Shown one piece after another: positions 32,449-42,768 of a DNA stretch of 64,000 bases. Origin of the DNA: an uncultured bacterium (lineage in GTDB: Bacteria; Acidobacteriota; Aminicenantia; UBA2199); assembly GCA_965371805.1 (NCBI GenBank), contig CBDUZW010000007.1:56119-120118 (forward strand), given 5' to 3'. The notes under the pieces were generated by a model. The model was not told the origin of the DNA, did no database searches, and saw only the letters and a program-made list of their open reading frames with translations. Position 1 is the first letter of the stretch; every line of letters begins with the position of its first letter. The position numbers and the translations under genes are program-made.

Positions 32449-35400
32449 ATGACAAAAAAAATATTTTTAACATTATTAATCTCTTTGATTCTATTTATAC
32501 AGATATTTCCAGAGATAAAAGACAGTAAAATATCAACTACAGACAGTATAACCAGCTTCACTCATAATGAATGGAAGAAAAGTACTAAGCACTATGAATA
32601 TATAAATTTAAAAGTGGGTGAGCTTTATAAACTGACCGGAAAAATTAAAACCGAAAATGCGTTAACTAATGCAATTGACAGATATCCAACCTCTGTTGCA
32701 GCCTGCTTGACAATGGAATCTTTCCCCTTCACAAACCACTCCCCTGCAGTTGGAGATACAACAGACTGGAAGGAAGTTTCTATTCAGTTTATCGCAACAA
32801 AATCAAAGGACAGAATCCGTGTACATTTAGGATTTAATGGAAAGGCAATGGGAAAGGCCTGGTTTAAAGATTTAAAGCTTGAAAAGTCATCTGATATATC
32901 TACATATATCCCGCCACAGACAGTAAAATGGTTCAATAAGGCCTATCGATATGATGACAGGGGCTGGATATTTGTTCATATTGAAGGTAAACCCTATAAT
33001 AGAGGTTATCAATATGGATACTTGCTATCAGAAGAGATAGTTTCTTATATAAAAAAACTTGCCTATTCTGAAGATAAGGATAATTCAGTAAGAGGCTGGA
33101 ACCAGTTACGAAGGTTTACCGATGCAATAATGCTGAGAAGATATGAAGATGAGTATCTTGAAGAGATGAAAGGTATTGCAGATGGGGCAAAAAAGAATGG
33201 TGCGAAATTTTCAGGTAGAGATATTGACTTAATTGACATTGTTACTTTAAATTCATATACTGATATCGATTCAGTAAATGGCGCTTTAAGAAAAACGGCC
33301 AATTCAATAAGTGGAAGAAATTTTTTCAAAACAGAGGATGAGCTTAATATTCCACTTAAACAACATAAATGCTCCGGTTTTTTAGCCAATGGGCCTGCCA
33401 CAAAAGATAATAAAATTGTATTCGGACAGATATTCATGTGGGGCGGATATACAGGGGTTCACTGGAATGTTATATGTGACCTTGTTCCTGAAAAAGGCAA
33501 TAGAATCGTTTATGAAACCTATCCCGGCGGTATCCACTCCGGAGCAGATTTTTATATTAATAGTGCCGGGATAATGATGGGTGAAACGACTGTATCTCAA
33601 ACACCTTTCAATCAGGATGGAACACCTCAATCAAACAGGATTAGAAAAGCAGCTCAATATGCAAATTCAATCGATGATGTTGCAAAGATATTAAAACATA
33701 AAAATAATGGAATGTATACAAATGACTGGCTCATTGGTGATACAAAAACAAACGAGATCGCAATATTCTTATTAGGAACCAATAAGACAAAAATGTGGCG
33801 GAGTAAAAAGGGAAATTTCCCAAATGGGACAAAGGGATTTCTATGGAGCAATAATAATAATAAGGATCCTGAAGTAAGAAAAGAATATATTCCAAACAAA
33901 GACAATGCTCCATTTGACCTCGTATTCAGACCCTGGAACAGGGATATTGCCTTCAATGAATTCTTTAAGAAAAAGAATGGTATTATTGACTCTATCGAAG
34001 GCGTAAACCTCTGGGCATCTTCCCCTATTAACAGGTCTCATGCCTGTGATGGAAAAATTACAACAACAGAGATGGCAAATAACCTGACTTTCTTAGCTCA
34101 TTTTGGTAAGGTAACACTAAGAGGAAAATTCCCTCATCCGGATAACCGACTTCTAAGAGCGTATCCTGGTGCGACACCTCATCTTTCTCTTGGATATTCA
34201 ACAGCAAGTCCGATTTTTATTACAAAAAAACTGATCGATCAGAAGGGACAGATAAAAGTTGAAAAAACAGAAAAAGAGCTGGATTCGGACTATAAAAACA
34301 TCAAAGATGTCATAACATATTCTAATAGATCATTATGGTTTAATACTGTCTTTCCTGCTTCCAATAAGGAAAACTGGTTTATCAGTGCAACAGCTTCTTA
34401 TTGGCGAATTCTAAAATATCTTCCAGATACAGATAAGAAAGCATATAAATATTTGACTGACCAACTATCTAAACTTGATATTTCATTAAATTATACAATA
34501 AATAGAGAGGGTGATCTGCAGGTAGTCTCAGCTAAAAGAAAATATGATGGATATAATAATTATCAGATTCCAAGAATTAAAGGAACTTATCTGCTGCATC
34601 AACTCAGGTTAAATGTAGGAAATAAGAAATTCTCAAAAATAATGAATGCAATTCATGATAAATATAAGAACAAAAAAATAAGCAATTCAAATATTATCTC
34701 AATTGCAGAAAATATATCAGGTAAAAAGCTGAACTCTTTTATTAATCAGTGGATTGACAAAAAAGGATTCCCATCCACTACTCTTAAAATTGACAAAATT
34801 GAAAAAACCAAAGGTGGTAAATGGAATCTGTCTATCTCAACCCTTCAAAACAAAGAATTATTCCATTTTTATACTGATATTTTAATAAGAACTAAAAATG
34901 AAAATATAATAAAGAAAATTGAAATTAATAAAAAAAACCAGATGGCAAAATTTGAATTAAATTCAAAACCTGAAAAGGTAATTTTTAATCATGGAAACCA
35001 TATACCTGAAAAAAGAGAGTCATATTATATATGGTCAAATTTTTATGATGATTTCTCAAATATTAAAATAGTCTATGGCACTAAGAGACAAATTGAAGCT
35101 AACCATACATTTGCTTTAAAATTCCAAACAGCAATCGCTGACCGTTATTCAGAAGTCTTTTCACCTATTTTTAAGGATAATGAGATTTCAAAAGATGATA
35201 TATCAAATTCAGATCTAATTCTACTAGGTGGTACTTCAGACAATACCCTCACTAAAGATATTACTGATCTAATAAAAAATAAGTATAAACTGAAAACCGG
35301 AAAAAACTATTTTAAATGGCAGGATAAAACTTATGGAAGCTGGGATGATGGGCTTTTCCTTGTAATACCTAATCCTTATAATAAGAAAAAGATTATTTAC

Positions 35401-35520
35401 TTGATCATTTCAAACTCTGCATTGCAGCTATATCATATGACAAATAAATTCCCAAGAAATGTTAAATCCTGGTCAATATATAAAAAAGAAAAAATAATCA
35501 AAAATGGATACCATAAATAA
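32449..35520 (+). CDS. Large secreted multi-domain protein; putative Ntn-hydrolase (C45-like) region plus degenerate M1-aminopeptidase-like segment
   Basis: 1023 aa with a signal peptide. A …QHKCSGFLANG… Cys-Ser site resembles Ntn/C45 self-processing sites. Later, YQIPRIKGTYLLHQLRLNVGNKKF…SGKKLNSFINQWIDKKGFP follows the M1 post-HEXXH Y-KG…W…G-P pattern, but no HEXXH is present upstream of it. Confidence 0.45.
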   Translation: MTKKIFLTLLISLILFIQIFPEIKDSKISTTDSITSFTHNEWKKSTKHYEYINLKVGELYKLTGKIKTENALTNAIDRYPTSVAACLTMESFPFTNHSPAVGDTTDWKEVSIQFIATKSKDRIRVHLGFNGKAMGKAWFKDLKLEKSSDISTYIPPQTVKWFNKAYRYDDRGWIFVHIEGKPYNRGYQYGYLLSEEIVSYIKKLAYSEDKDNSVRGWNQLRRFTDAIMLRRYEDEYLEEMKGIADGAKKNGAKFSGRDIDLIDIVTLNSYTDIDSVNGALRKTANSISGRNFFKTEDELNIPLKQHKCSGFLANGPATKDNKIVFGQIFMWGGYTGVHWNVICDLVPEKGNRIVYETYPGGIHSGADFYINSAGIMMGETTVSQTPFNQDGTPQSNRIRKAAQYANSIDDVAKILKHKNNGMYTNDWLIGDTKTNEIAIFLLGTNKTKMWRSKKGNFPNGTKGFLWSNNNNKDPEVRKEYIPNKDNAPFDLVFRPWNRDIAFNEFFKKKNGIIDSIEGVNLWASSPINRSHACDGKITTTEMANNLTFLAHFGKVTLRGKFPHPDNRLLRAYPGATPHLSLGYSTASPIFITKKLIDQKGQIKVEKTEKELDSDYKNIKDVITYSNRSLWFNTVFPASNKENWFISATASYWRILKYLPDTDKKAYKYLTDQLSKLDISLNYTINREGDLQVVSAKRKYDGYNNYQIPRIKGTYLLHQLRLNVGNKKFSKIMNAIHDKYKNKKISNSNIISIAENISGKKLNSFINQWIDKKGFPSTTLKIDKIEKTKGGKWNLSISTLQNKELFHFYTDILIRTKNENIIKKIEINKKNQMAKFELNSKPEKVIFNHGNHIPEKRESYYIWSNFYDDFSNIKIVYGTKRQIEANHTFALKFQTAIADRYSEVFSPIFKDNEISKDDISNSDLILLGGTSDNTLTKDITDLIKNKYKLKTGKNYFKWQDKTYGSWDDGLFLVIPNPYNKKKIIYLIISNSALQLYHMTNKFPRNVKSWSIYKKEKIIKNGYHK

Positions 35521-35600
35521 GTAGAGAAATAAGATGTTTTTAAATAGATTATTTTAAAATACCTTAATTTTGTTTTTATTTACAACTGAATTTTAAAAAT

Positions 35601-35981
35601 TTATTCTATATTTTCTAAGAATATTCTTCTCTTCTCTTCTTTATGATTTTGTCTGTATAGTATAGCAACATTACCTATTAAACCACATAATTCAGTTCTG
35701 GTCTTTGTTGCAAGCTCTGCTGATAATTCTTTTTTTTCTTCTTTAAAACCCTGAAATTTCACTTTTATTAATTCATGAACCTCTATTGCATCATTTACAG
35801 CAATAATAAGATTTTCAGTTATTCCATTTTTTCCTATAAAAACAACAGGTTCCAGCCCATGGGAAAGCCCTCTTAAATATTTTTTTTCTTTTCCAGTTAA
35901 ATTCATTTTATCCTCTTGTAGTATTATATCATATTTTTTACAACTCGTCTTTCGAAAAGAAACCAAGGTGTAATTGACCAA
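35601..35981 (-). CDS. YhbY/CRM-domain RNA-binding protein
   Basis: MNLTGKEKKYLRGLSHGLEPVVFIGKNGIT… is a YhbY family signature. Size is 126 aa. Confidence 0.7.
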   Translation of the reverse strand: MVNYTLVSFRKTSCKKYDIILQEDKMNLTGKEKKYLRGLSHGLEPVVFIGKNGITENLIIAVNDAIEVHELIKVKFQGFKEEKKELSAELATKTRTELCGLIGNVAILYRQNHKEEKRRIFLENIE

Positions 35982-35990
35982 AAAATCATT

Positions 35991-36551
35991 TCAATTCAAA
36001 AAATGTTTATAGTCCTCTGGGGTATTTATATTTAGTAAATTATCCTCTTTCTGCAATATTAAAAATTTAGTTTTACAGAGAGGATATAAATCAATTATTT
36101 TTCTGATTCCCGAGCTTAGAAGGGTATTTATTCTGGAGATTACAGATTTATTATAAACAGCAAAAAGAGGTTCATATTGGCCACTAGATGTTTTGGGAAC
36201 TACAATATCAAACTCTTTTGAGAAAGAAATTATTTCTTTTAATAAACTTAGATCAATATTTGGGATATCAGTTGCAATGAAGAAAACAGTTTCATTTGAA
36301 GCAGCTTTAAGTCCTGATAGTATTCCCCTTAAAGGGCCTTCTCCCTCCTGTTCATCAATAACTATTGTGTAATCAGAAAATAAACCTGCATTCTTCTTCG
36401 AAACACTTATTAAAATCTCATCAAAATGAGGTTCTAATTGCTCATATACCAAGTCTATCAGCTTTTCTCCATTTATCTCCAAAAAAGCTTTATCCCTCTT
36501 CATCCGAGTACTTTTCCCACCAGCAAGTATGATAGCTGTCTTAGACTTCAT
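35991..36551 (-). CDS. mobA: Molybdenum cofactor guanylyltransferase MobA
   Basis: N-terminal AIILAGGKSTRMKRDKAFLEINGEKLID nucleotidyltransferase motif. Size is 186 aa. Confidence 0.8.
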   Translation of the reverse strand: MKSKTAIILAGGKSTRMKRDKAFLEINGEKLIDLVYEQLEPHFDEILISVSKKNAGLFSDYTIVIDEQEGEGPLRGILSGLKAASNETVFFIATDIPNIDLSLLKEIISFSKEFDIVVPKTSSGQYEPLFAVYNKSVISRINTLLSSGIRKIIDLYPLCKTKFLILQKEDNLLNINTPEDYKHFLN

Positions 36552-36689
36552 GGTTTACATTGTGACCCAGAGTATGGTTGAACCCATACTCTGAATAATC
36601 TCTCAGTTCTTTAAAAATCGGATCATTGCCTATATTTTCTATTATAAAATCCACAAAATAATCTTTAAAACACATTTTTTCTGGATAAT

Positions 36690-38078
36690 TTATGTTCCCA
36701 TTATTTTTTCGATTTCTTCAATAGTTTTAGGTATTGGTTTTCCAAGAACTCTTGATCCATCTTTAGTGACAAGAATGTCATCTTCAATTCTAATCCCGCC
36801 GAATCCAATATATTCTTCAGCTTTAGAATAATTTATATATTCGGAAAATTTATTTTCTTTCTTCCATTGTTTTATCAGATCAGGTATAAAATATATTCCA
36901 GGCTCAACAGTCACAACATTCCCGACTTCAAGCTCTTTTCCCAGTCTTAAAAATGCAAGTCCAAATTGATCACTTCTTTTTATATCTTTATCATATCCAA
37001 CAAAATTCTCACCAAGCGATTCCATATCATGTACATCAAGCCCAATCATATGTCCTAATCCATGAGGAAAAAATAGAGCATGTGCACCATTTTTTACTAT
37101 ATCTGAAACATTTCCTTTTAAAAAGCCCAGATCTTTTAGACCGGAAGCAATAACTTCAGCAGACATAAGATGGATATCTTTATTTTTTATGCCCGGCTTT
37201 ATCTCTTGAATTGCCTTCTCCTGTGAATCTAATACAATTTGATAGATCTCCCTCTGTTTTTGAGTGAATTTTCCTCCAACAGGGAAGGTTCTTGTAATAT
37301 CTGAAGCATAGTATTCCGGAGATTCAGCTCCTGAATCGACAAGAAGCAGATCGCCTTCATTTAATACATTTCCATGATAATGATTATGAAGTGTCTCTCC
37401 ATTTTTTGTCAATATTATTGGAAATGAATAATGACTTCCTCTTTGTGACAAAATACCTTCCATTTTTCCAACAAGTTGCTGTTCAATCATCCCGGCTTTT
37501 GTTTTGGACATAATCATACTTAACATCTCATAAGAGATATCAAGCGCTTTTTCAATCTCTTTTATCTCCAAATCTGATTTAATATTTCTGAGTTCTACAA
37601 CTGCATTGATTAATTCTTCTGACACAAAATCATTTCCAAATGAAGCCCTTACACCTAATATTCTTTCAATTTCTAACACAATATCTGCTTTATATGGAGG
37701 AAGATAATGAATTTTTCTTCCTTTTTGTATTGCATCTTTCAATGTTTTTTCAATTTTACTTTTCTCTCCAATACCCTCAGTTCCAATCATTTTTGCCAAA
37801 TCAGAAACAGTAGGCATCTGTCCCATCCATATAATATCATCCATATCAAAATCATCTCCATAAAGATAATCTTTTCCTCCATCAATATCTATTACACCTG
37901 CAAACCCAGGTTTATCGATACCAAAAAAATAAAGAAAATTGCTGTCCTGACGGAAAGGAAGCTGATTTGCCCTGTAATTCATTGGACTATCTATATTACC
38001 GGGGAAATATACCAATCCACTCTTCATTTTTTTTCTTAAATCCCTTCTTCTTTCTTCATAAATTTCTTTATTGAACAT
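36690..38078 (-). CDS. Xaa-Pro aminopeptidase (M24B, PepP/prolidase-like)
   Basis: HGLGHMIGLDVHD metal-ligand motif and the pita-bread fold. Size is 462 aa. Confidence 0.85.
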   Translation of the reverse strand: MFNKEIYEERRRDLRKKMKSGLVYFPGNIDSPMNYRANQLPFRQDSNFLYFFGIDKPGFAGVIDIDGGKDYLYGDDFDMDDIIWMGQMPTVSDLAKMIGTEGIGEKSKIEKTLKDAIQKGRKIHYLPPYKADIVLEIERILGVRASFGNDFVSEELINAVVELRNIKSDLEIKEIEKALDISYEMLSMIMSKTKAGMIEQQLVGKMEGILSQRGSHYSFPIILTKNGETLHNHYHGNVLNEGDLLLVDSGAESPEYYASDITRTFPVGGKFTQKQREIYQIVLDSQEKAIQEIKPGIKNKDIHLMSAEVIASGLKDLGFLKGNVSDIVKNGAHALFFPHGLGHMIGLDVHDMESLGENFVGYDKDIKRSDQFGLAFLRLGKELEVGNVVTVEPGIYFIPDLIKQWKKENKFSEYINYSKAEEYIGFGGIRIEDDILVTKDGSRVLGKPIPKTIEEIEKIMGT

Positions 38079-38265
38079 ATGTATCTCCTTTTTTTTATTA
38101 ATAATATTACCGTAATTTTTTTTCTAAATCAAGGATTTAAATAATTAATAATCATTAAAAATAATTAATAAATTAACAAACTTCATATTGACATAACTTT
38201 TTATTATGACTATAATATCCAATAGTCTATATTAAATAATATAGATTAAATATATAATTTAGGAG

Positions 38266-39267
38266 ATGATAATGAAGAAAATTTTTATCGTAACACTTAT
38301 TTTACTATTCTCAGTAATAACATTGAGCGCTGGGAATGTTTATTTTAAAGGACTTATCCAAAATTGGTTCTCTTTTACAGATCAGGCTGTTGACGACAGC
38401 AGTGCTTATGGATTTACAAATAAGAGATTTAGATTTATCCCATACGGAACATTTGGCAAAAATATTAAATGGGGAATTCACTTTTATGCAGATAGAGGAG
38501 CCGCTGTCTCTTTTTTTGATGCATATATTGATTACAAATTTTCAGATCAGTTTTCATTAAAGATAGGAAAATTTGCTGCTCCCGGTTCTATTTCAGGTGC
38601 ATTAACATCATCAGGCGCACTTGACCTGATTGAACGAGCACCAATTTCTATGATCTGGGGTGGAGGCAGTGCCTTACACGGATATAGAGCTTTTGGGGTC
38701 CAGGCACATGGAAATCTAATGGATGGGAAAATTCATTATGCTGTAATGTTAGCAAATCCAACAACAACAGCTTATTTTACTCCTTCTATTAAAGCTAATT
38801 CATACGTAAATGATGCAAAAGGAATGACTGTTTGGAGTAGACTTGAAGCAAAACCAATGAAGGGTCTAAGATTAGGAGGTTTCTTTGGAAGTGGTACATC
38901 AACTGATTCATCAAGTGTTGAAATAAAGAGAAGTTCTTATGGAGCGCACCTTTTCTATAAAAAGAATGCAATAAATTTCAAACTTGAATATATTGGTGGA
39001 GATAATGGTGGTATTGATTATAGTGGAATGTATGCAATATTTGGATACAAATTAGGCAAAAAATTTGAGTCAGTGGTCAGATATGACTTTGTAACACCTA
39101 AAGACAGTGGAGAAAAATATACTAACTTCTCACTTGGTATCAATTATTTCTGTAGTAAAAGAATTAAATATCAGCTAAACTATGTTTTAAGAAACGAAGA
39201 ACTCGTTGATGTAGCAAATAATATTTTTTATATTAATTTTCAGTATTCTTTTAATAGTAAAAAATAA
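38266..39267 (+). CDS. Outer-membrane porin-like beta-barrel protein
   Basis: Has a signal peptide and alternating beta-strand pattern. Size is 333 aa. Confidence 0.45.
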   Translation: MIMKKIFIVTLILLFSVITLSAGNVYFKGLIQNWFSFTDQAVDDSSAYGFTNKRFRFIPYGTFGKNIKWGIHFYADRGAAVSFFDAYIDYKFSDQFSLKIGKFAAPGSISGALTSSGALDLIERAPISMIWGGGSALHGYRAFGVQAHGNLMDGKIHYAVMLANPTTTAYFTPSIKANSYVNDAKGMTVWSRLEAKPMKGLRLGGFFGSGTSTDSSSVEIKRSSYGAHLFYKKNAINFKLEYIGGDNGGIDYSGMYAIFGYKLGKKFESVVRYDFVTPKDSGEKYTNFSLGINYFCSKRIKYQLNYVLRNEELVDVANNIFYINFQYSFNSKK

Positions 39268-39326
39268 ATATTCTCAAATAACCATAATAAGTCTAAAACT
39301 TTTTTTTTAGGCTTATTATAGATTTA

Positions 39327-39530
39327 TTATCTTTCCCAATCTTTCATATCATATTTTTTCCACTTATTCATAATCCAGTCTGGAAGTTCAGTTTCAGAGT
39401 CTGATTCATCCCAGTCAATTTCTTCAGAAACCAGATCTTTAGAATTGTCTTCTTCGAGGTCTCGAAAAATACTACGGTAATTAATATACCCACCCTCATT
39501 AAGAATCATTCTTAAGTTTTTTTTTTCCAT
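39327..39530 (-). CDS. Small acidic hypothetical protein downstream of vapC
   Basis: 67 aa with a strongly acidic D/E/W-rich C-terminus. It lies 14 nt after the vapC stop on the same strand. Confidence 0.35.
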   Translation of the reverse strand: MEKKNLRMILNEGGYINYRSIFRDLEEDNSKDLVSEEIDWDESDSETELPDWIMNKWKKYDMKDWER

Positions 39531-39544
39531 TTTATTCCTCCCTT

Positions 39545-39946
39545 TTATATTTTTTTTACAATAGATATATCAAGCTTTTCAAAACTATTATCTACCGTCA
39601 GAATCTTTGATATTTTTCGATCTCTTGTCTCTTCTGAGATTAGTATTTTTTTAATATTAATAGAGGGGTATTTTTTATAAAGCGCCATAACCCTATAGAA
39701 AAAATCTCCCTTCTCTACATAAAATATATAATTACTTAATATTGCAATTATATAGTTATAGATTATATCTCTATTAAGCTTATATTTATTTTCCAGTATC
39801 TCAACTACTTCACTGATTGTTTGTATTGGAACAAAAACCTTTTCACGTTTTTCCTTTAAACTGTAAAACAGTTTCTTTACCACCATCATGTCTTTGTCAG
39901 ACGTGAACAAACCAATAAAGAAAGATGTGTCAACAGAAAATTTCAT
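39545..39946 (-). CDS. vapC: PIN-domain ribonuclease toxin VapC
   Basis: N-terminal MKFSVDTSFFIGLF is a PIN-domain acidic start. Size is 133 aa. It sits 3 nt after the antitoxin gene. Confidence 0.75.
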   Translation of the reverse strand: MKFSVDTSFFIGLFTSDKDMMVVKKLFYSLKEKREKVFVPIQTISEVVEILENKYKLNRDIIYNYIIAILSNYIFYVEKGDFFYRVMALYKKYPSINIKKILISEETRDRKISKILTVDNSFEKLDISIVKKI

Positions 39947-39949
39947 TTT

Positions 39950-40156
39950 TTATTTTGTATCCTTCCCATTTTTATAATCTAAAAGTGTCCCAAAATATTT
40001 TTCTATTCCTTCATATTTTTTGATAATAAGTTTTTCATTAACTAGTTCAAAAATTATATTGTCTCCTATTTTTGCATCAAGATAATCCCTGACTTTTTTA
40101 GGAAGAGTTAATTGTCCCTTACTTGTCATTTTCGACTTACTAAAAATACTCTCCAT
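39950..40156 (-). CDS. vapB: AbrB/SpoVT-type antitoxin VapB
   Basis: MTSKGQLTLPKKVRDYLDAKIGDNIIFE is a swapped-hairpin AbrB/MazE fold signature. Size is 68 aa. Confidence 0.75.
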   Translation of the reverse strand: MESIFSKSKMTSKGQLTLPKKVRDYLDAKIGDNIIFELVNEKLIIKKYEGIEKYFGTLLDYKNGKDTK

Positions 40157-40203
40157 ACTATCTTTTTTCTCCTTACTTTATGTTTACACCATAAAAAAAT
40201 AAA

Positions 40204-40245
40204 AGTCAAGGAAATATTGACTTTTTTATAAAAAAATAATAGAAT
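40204..40245 (+). promoter_or_regulatory. Sigma70-like promoter (TTGACT-N17-TAGAAT) with overlapping inverted repeat AGTCAA-N7-TTGACT upstream of feoAB
   Basis: The -35 TTGACT (40217-40222) and -10 TAGAAT (40240-40245) are spaced exactly 17 bp apart. The -35 forms the right arm of a 6-bp-arm palindrome, a possible metalloregulator operator. Confidence 0.4.
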
Positions 40246-40286
40246 TAAAAAGTTAGTCTCGGCTAACATTTTGGAGAAAACTAATT

Positions 40287-42758
40287 ATGTTGTTATCAGA
40301 ACTAAAACAGGGAGAAAGCGCTTATATAATAAAAGTAAAAGGCAGAGGTGCTTTTAGAAAAAGAATAATTGAGATGGGATTTGTATCTGGCAAAGAAATC
40401 ACTGTAACCAGATATGCTCCACTCTCCGACCCTATTGAATATAATATTCTTGGGTATAGCGTCATGTTAAGAAAAAGTGAAGCCAATTTAATTGAGATTT
40501 CTAAATCAAACCAGAATCTAAATGGGAATTATGAGGGACTTATTTCAGGCAAGGAAAAACTTGGAAATGGAGTAAACAGCAAGGTAATTAATATAGCACT
40601 TGTTGGCAATCCAAATTGCGGAAAAACAACTTTTTATAATTTTGCTTCAGGATCAAAAGAAAGAGTTGGAAATTATAGCGGTGTAACTGTTGGCTCAAAA
40701 ACTGCCTCATATAAAATTGACGATCATACATTTAATATAGTAGATCTTCCAGGGACATACTCTATCTCAGCTTATTCACCAGAAGAATTATTTGTACGGA
40801 GGCATATTCAAAATGAACTCCCTGATATTGTAATAAATGTTATAGATGCTTCAAATCTTGAAAGAAATCTTTATCTTACAACACAATTAATTGATATGGA
40901 TATCAAAGTAATAATTGCATTAAATATGTATGATGAACTCTTGATCAAAGGTGATAAATTTGATTACATCAGCCTTGGTGAGATGATAGGCTGCCCAATA
41001 GTTCCAACTGTAAGCACAAAAGGAAAGGGCATTAAAGAGCTTTTTAGAAGAGCCATTCAAGTCTATCATGACGAGGATAAAAGCGTAAGACATATTCATA
41101 TTAATTATGGCAATAATATTGAGGAAGCGATATCAGTTATCCAGAATAAAATCAGAGAATCTGAAAACCAGGATCTCCGGGACAGAATTTCAACCAGATT
41201 TCTTGCAATCAAATTACTTGAAAAAGACAATGATACAATTAGAGTCATTTATAAGAACTGTAAAAATTTCAAAGGCATTAATCTTACAGTAAAAAAAGAA
41301 ATAGATAAACTTGAAGAATTATTAAAAGAGGACAGTGAGACACTTATCACTGATGCCAAATATGGTTTTATTTCCGGTGCTTTAAAAGAAACATATAAAT
41401 CCGGGCCAATTGACAGGAGAGAATTAACAGACAAAATCGACACAGTTGTCACCAATAAGTTTTTCGGCTTCCCCTTTTTCATGATAAGTATGTGGTTAAT
41501 GTTTCAGATAACATTTACTGTTGGCGAATATCCAATGCACTGGTTAGAGGATTTTGTAAGCTTTTTTTCTAATTCAATATCTGTTTATATGTCTTCAGGT
41601 ATGCTGAAAGATCTTTTAATCGAAGGTGTTATTGGTGGCATTGGTGGTGTTATCGTCTTTTTGCCTAACATTCTTTTATTGTTTCTATTTATATCTTTAT
41701 TAGAAGATACGGGATATATGGCAAGAGTTGTGTTTATCATGGATAAGATAATGCATAGATTTGGCCTTCATGGAAGATCTTTTATCCCCCTGATAATGGG
41801 CTTTGGATGTAATGTCCCGGCAATTATGACGACCCGTACAATTGAAAGCAGGAACGACAGGATGGTTACAATGCTGGTGAATCCATTTATGTCCTGTGGA
41901 GCCAGGCTCCCTGTTTATGTTTTAATGATAAGTGCATTTTTTCCAAATAACTCTGGAACCGTGTTATTTTCAGTTTATATAACAGGAGTAGCCGTTGCTC
42001 TGGGTATGGCCGTTATATTTAAAAAAACTTTATTCAGGGAAAAAGACATCCCATTTGTTATGGAGCTTCCCCCTTACAGATTCCCTACAGTAAAATCTTC
42101 TGTTAAACATATGTGGAACAATGGCAATCAATATTTAAAAAAAATGGGATCAGTCATTTTGATCTCTTCAATAATAATATGGGCACTGGGATATTTTCCA
42201 AGAGAAACAAAACATTCAACAAACTATAACAAACAAATTATGACTTTAAAAAATAAAGGTCAGAGCTCTGGTCCAATAATAAAAAAAGAAATAAGCCGTC
42301 TGGAATTGAGAAAAGAGAGTGAGAGGCAGGAAAATTCATATATTGGAAAGCTTGGCAAGTTTATTGAACCCGTTATCAAACCATTGGGTTTTGATTGGAA
42401 AATAGGCGTAAGTATTATTACCGGAATAGCAGCAAAAGAGATTGTTGTGAGTACAATGGGAGTTCTATATCATGCAGAAATTAACGCTGACGAGAACAGT
42501 AAATCATTAATAAAGAGATTAAAAGCTCATAGATATAAAACAGGACCTAAAAAAGGTAAACCTGTTTTTACACCTCTTGTTGCTTTTGGATTTATGGTTT
42601 TCATACTACTATACTTCCCCTGTATTGCTGCAATTGCGGCAATAAGGAGAGAATCAGGAAGTTGGAAGTGGGCAGTTTTTACAGCAGTATATTCAACTGT
42701 CCTTGCCTGGCTCTTCGCATTCGGCATATACCAGATTGGAAGTATATTCATCATATAA
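40287..42758 (+). CDS. feoB: Ferrous iron transporter, FeoA-FeoB fusion
   Basis: N-terminal FeoA SH3-like domain. Then a G-domain with IALVGNPNCGKTT (G1) and DLPGTYS (G3), and a C-terminal polytopic membrane domain. Size is 823 aa. Confidence 0.9.
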   Translation: MLLSELKQGESAYIIKVKGRGAFRKRIIEMGFVSGKEITVTRYAPLSDPIEYNILGYSVMLRKSEANLIEISKSNQNLNGNYEGLISGKEKLGNGVNSKVINIALVGNPNCGKTTFYNFASGSKERVGNYSGVTVGSKTASYKIDDHTFNIVDLPGTYSISAYSPEELFVRRHIQNELPDIVINVIDASNLERNLYLTTQLIDMDIKVIIALNMYDELLIKGDKFDYISLGEMIGCPIVPTVSTKGKGIKELFRRAIQVYHDEDKSVRHIHINYGNNIEEAISVIQNKIRESENQDLRDRISTRFLAIKLLEKDNDTIRVIYKNCKNFKGINLTVKKEIDKLEELLKEDSETLITDAKYGFISGALKETYKSGPIDRRELTDKIDTVVTNKFFGFPFFMISMWLMFQITFTVGEYPMHWLEDFVSFFSNSISVYMSSGMLKDLLIEGVIGGIGGVIVFLPNILLLFLFISLLEDTGYMARVVFIMDKIMHRFGLHGRSFIPLIMGFGCNVPAIMTTRTIESRNDRMVTMLVNPFMSCGARLPVYVLMISAFFPNNSGTVLFSVYITGVAVALGMAVIFKKTLFREKDIPFVMELPPYRFPTVKSSVKHMWNNGNQYLKKMGSVILISSIIIWALGYFPRETKHSTNYNKQIMTLKNKGQSSGPIIKKEISRLELRKESERQENSYIGKLGKFIEPVIKPLGFDWKIGVSIITGIAAKEIVVSTMGVLYHAEINADENSKSLIKRLKAHRYKTGPKKGKPVFTPLVAFGFMVFILLYFPCIAAIAAIRRESGSWKWAVFTAVYSTVLAWLFAFGIYQIGSIFII

Positions 42759-42768
42759 GGAAAATAAA

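Noticed and set aside
33063-34041. Several 60-124-aa ORFs antisense or in other frames within the 1023-aa gene
   Set aside because: They are embedded in the large secreted-protein CDS and compositionally noise-like.
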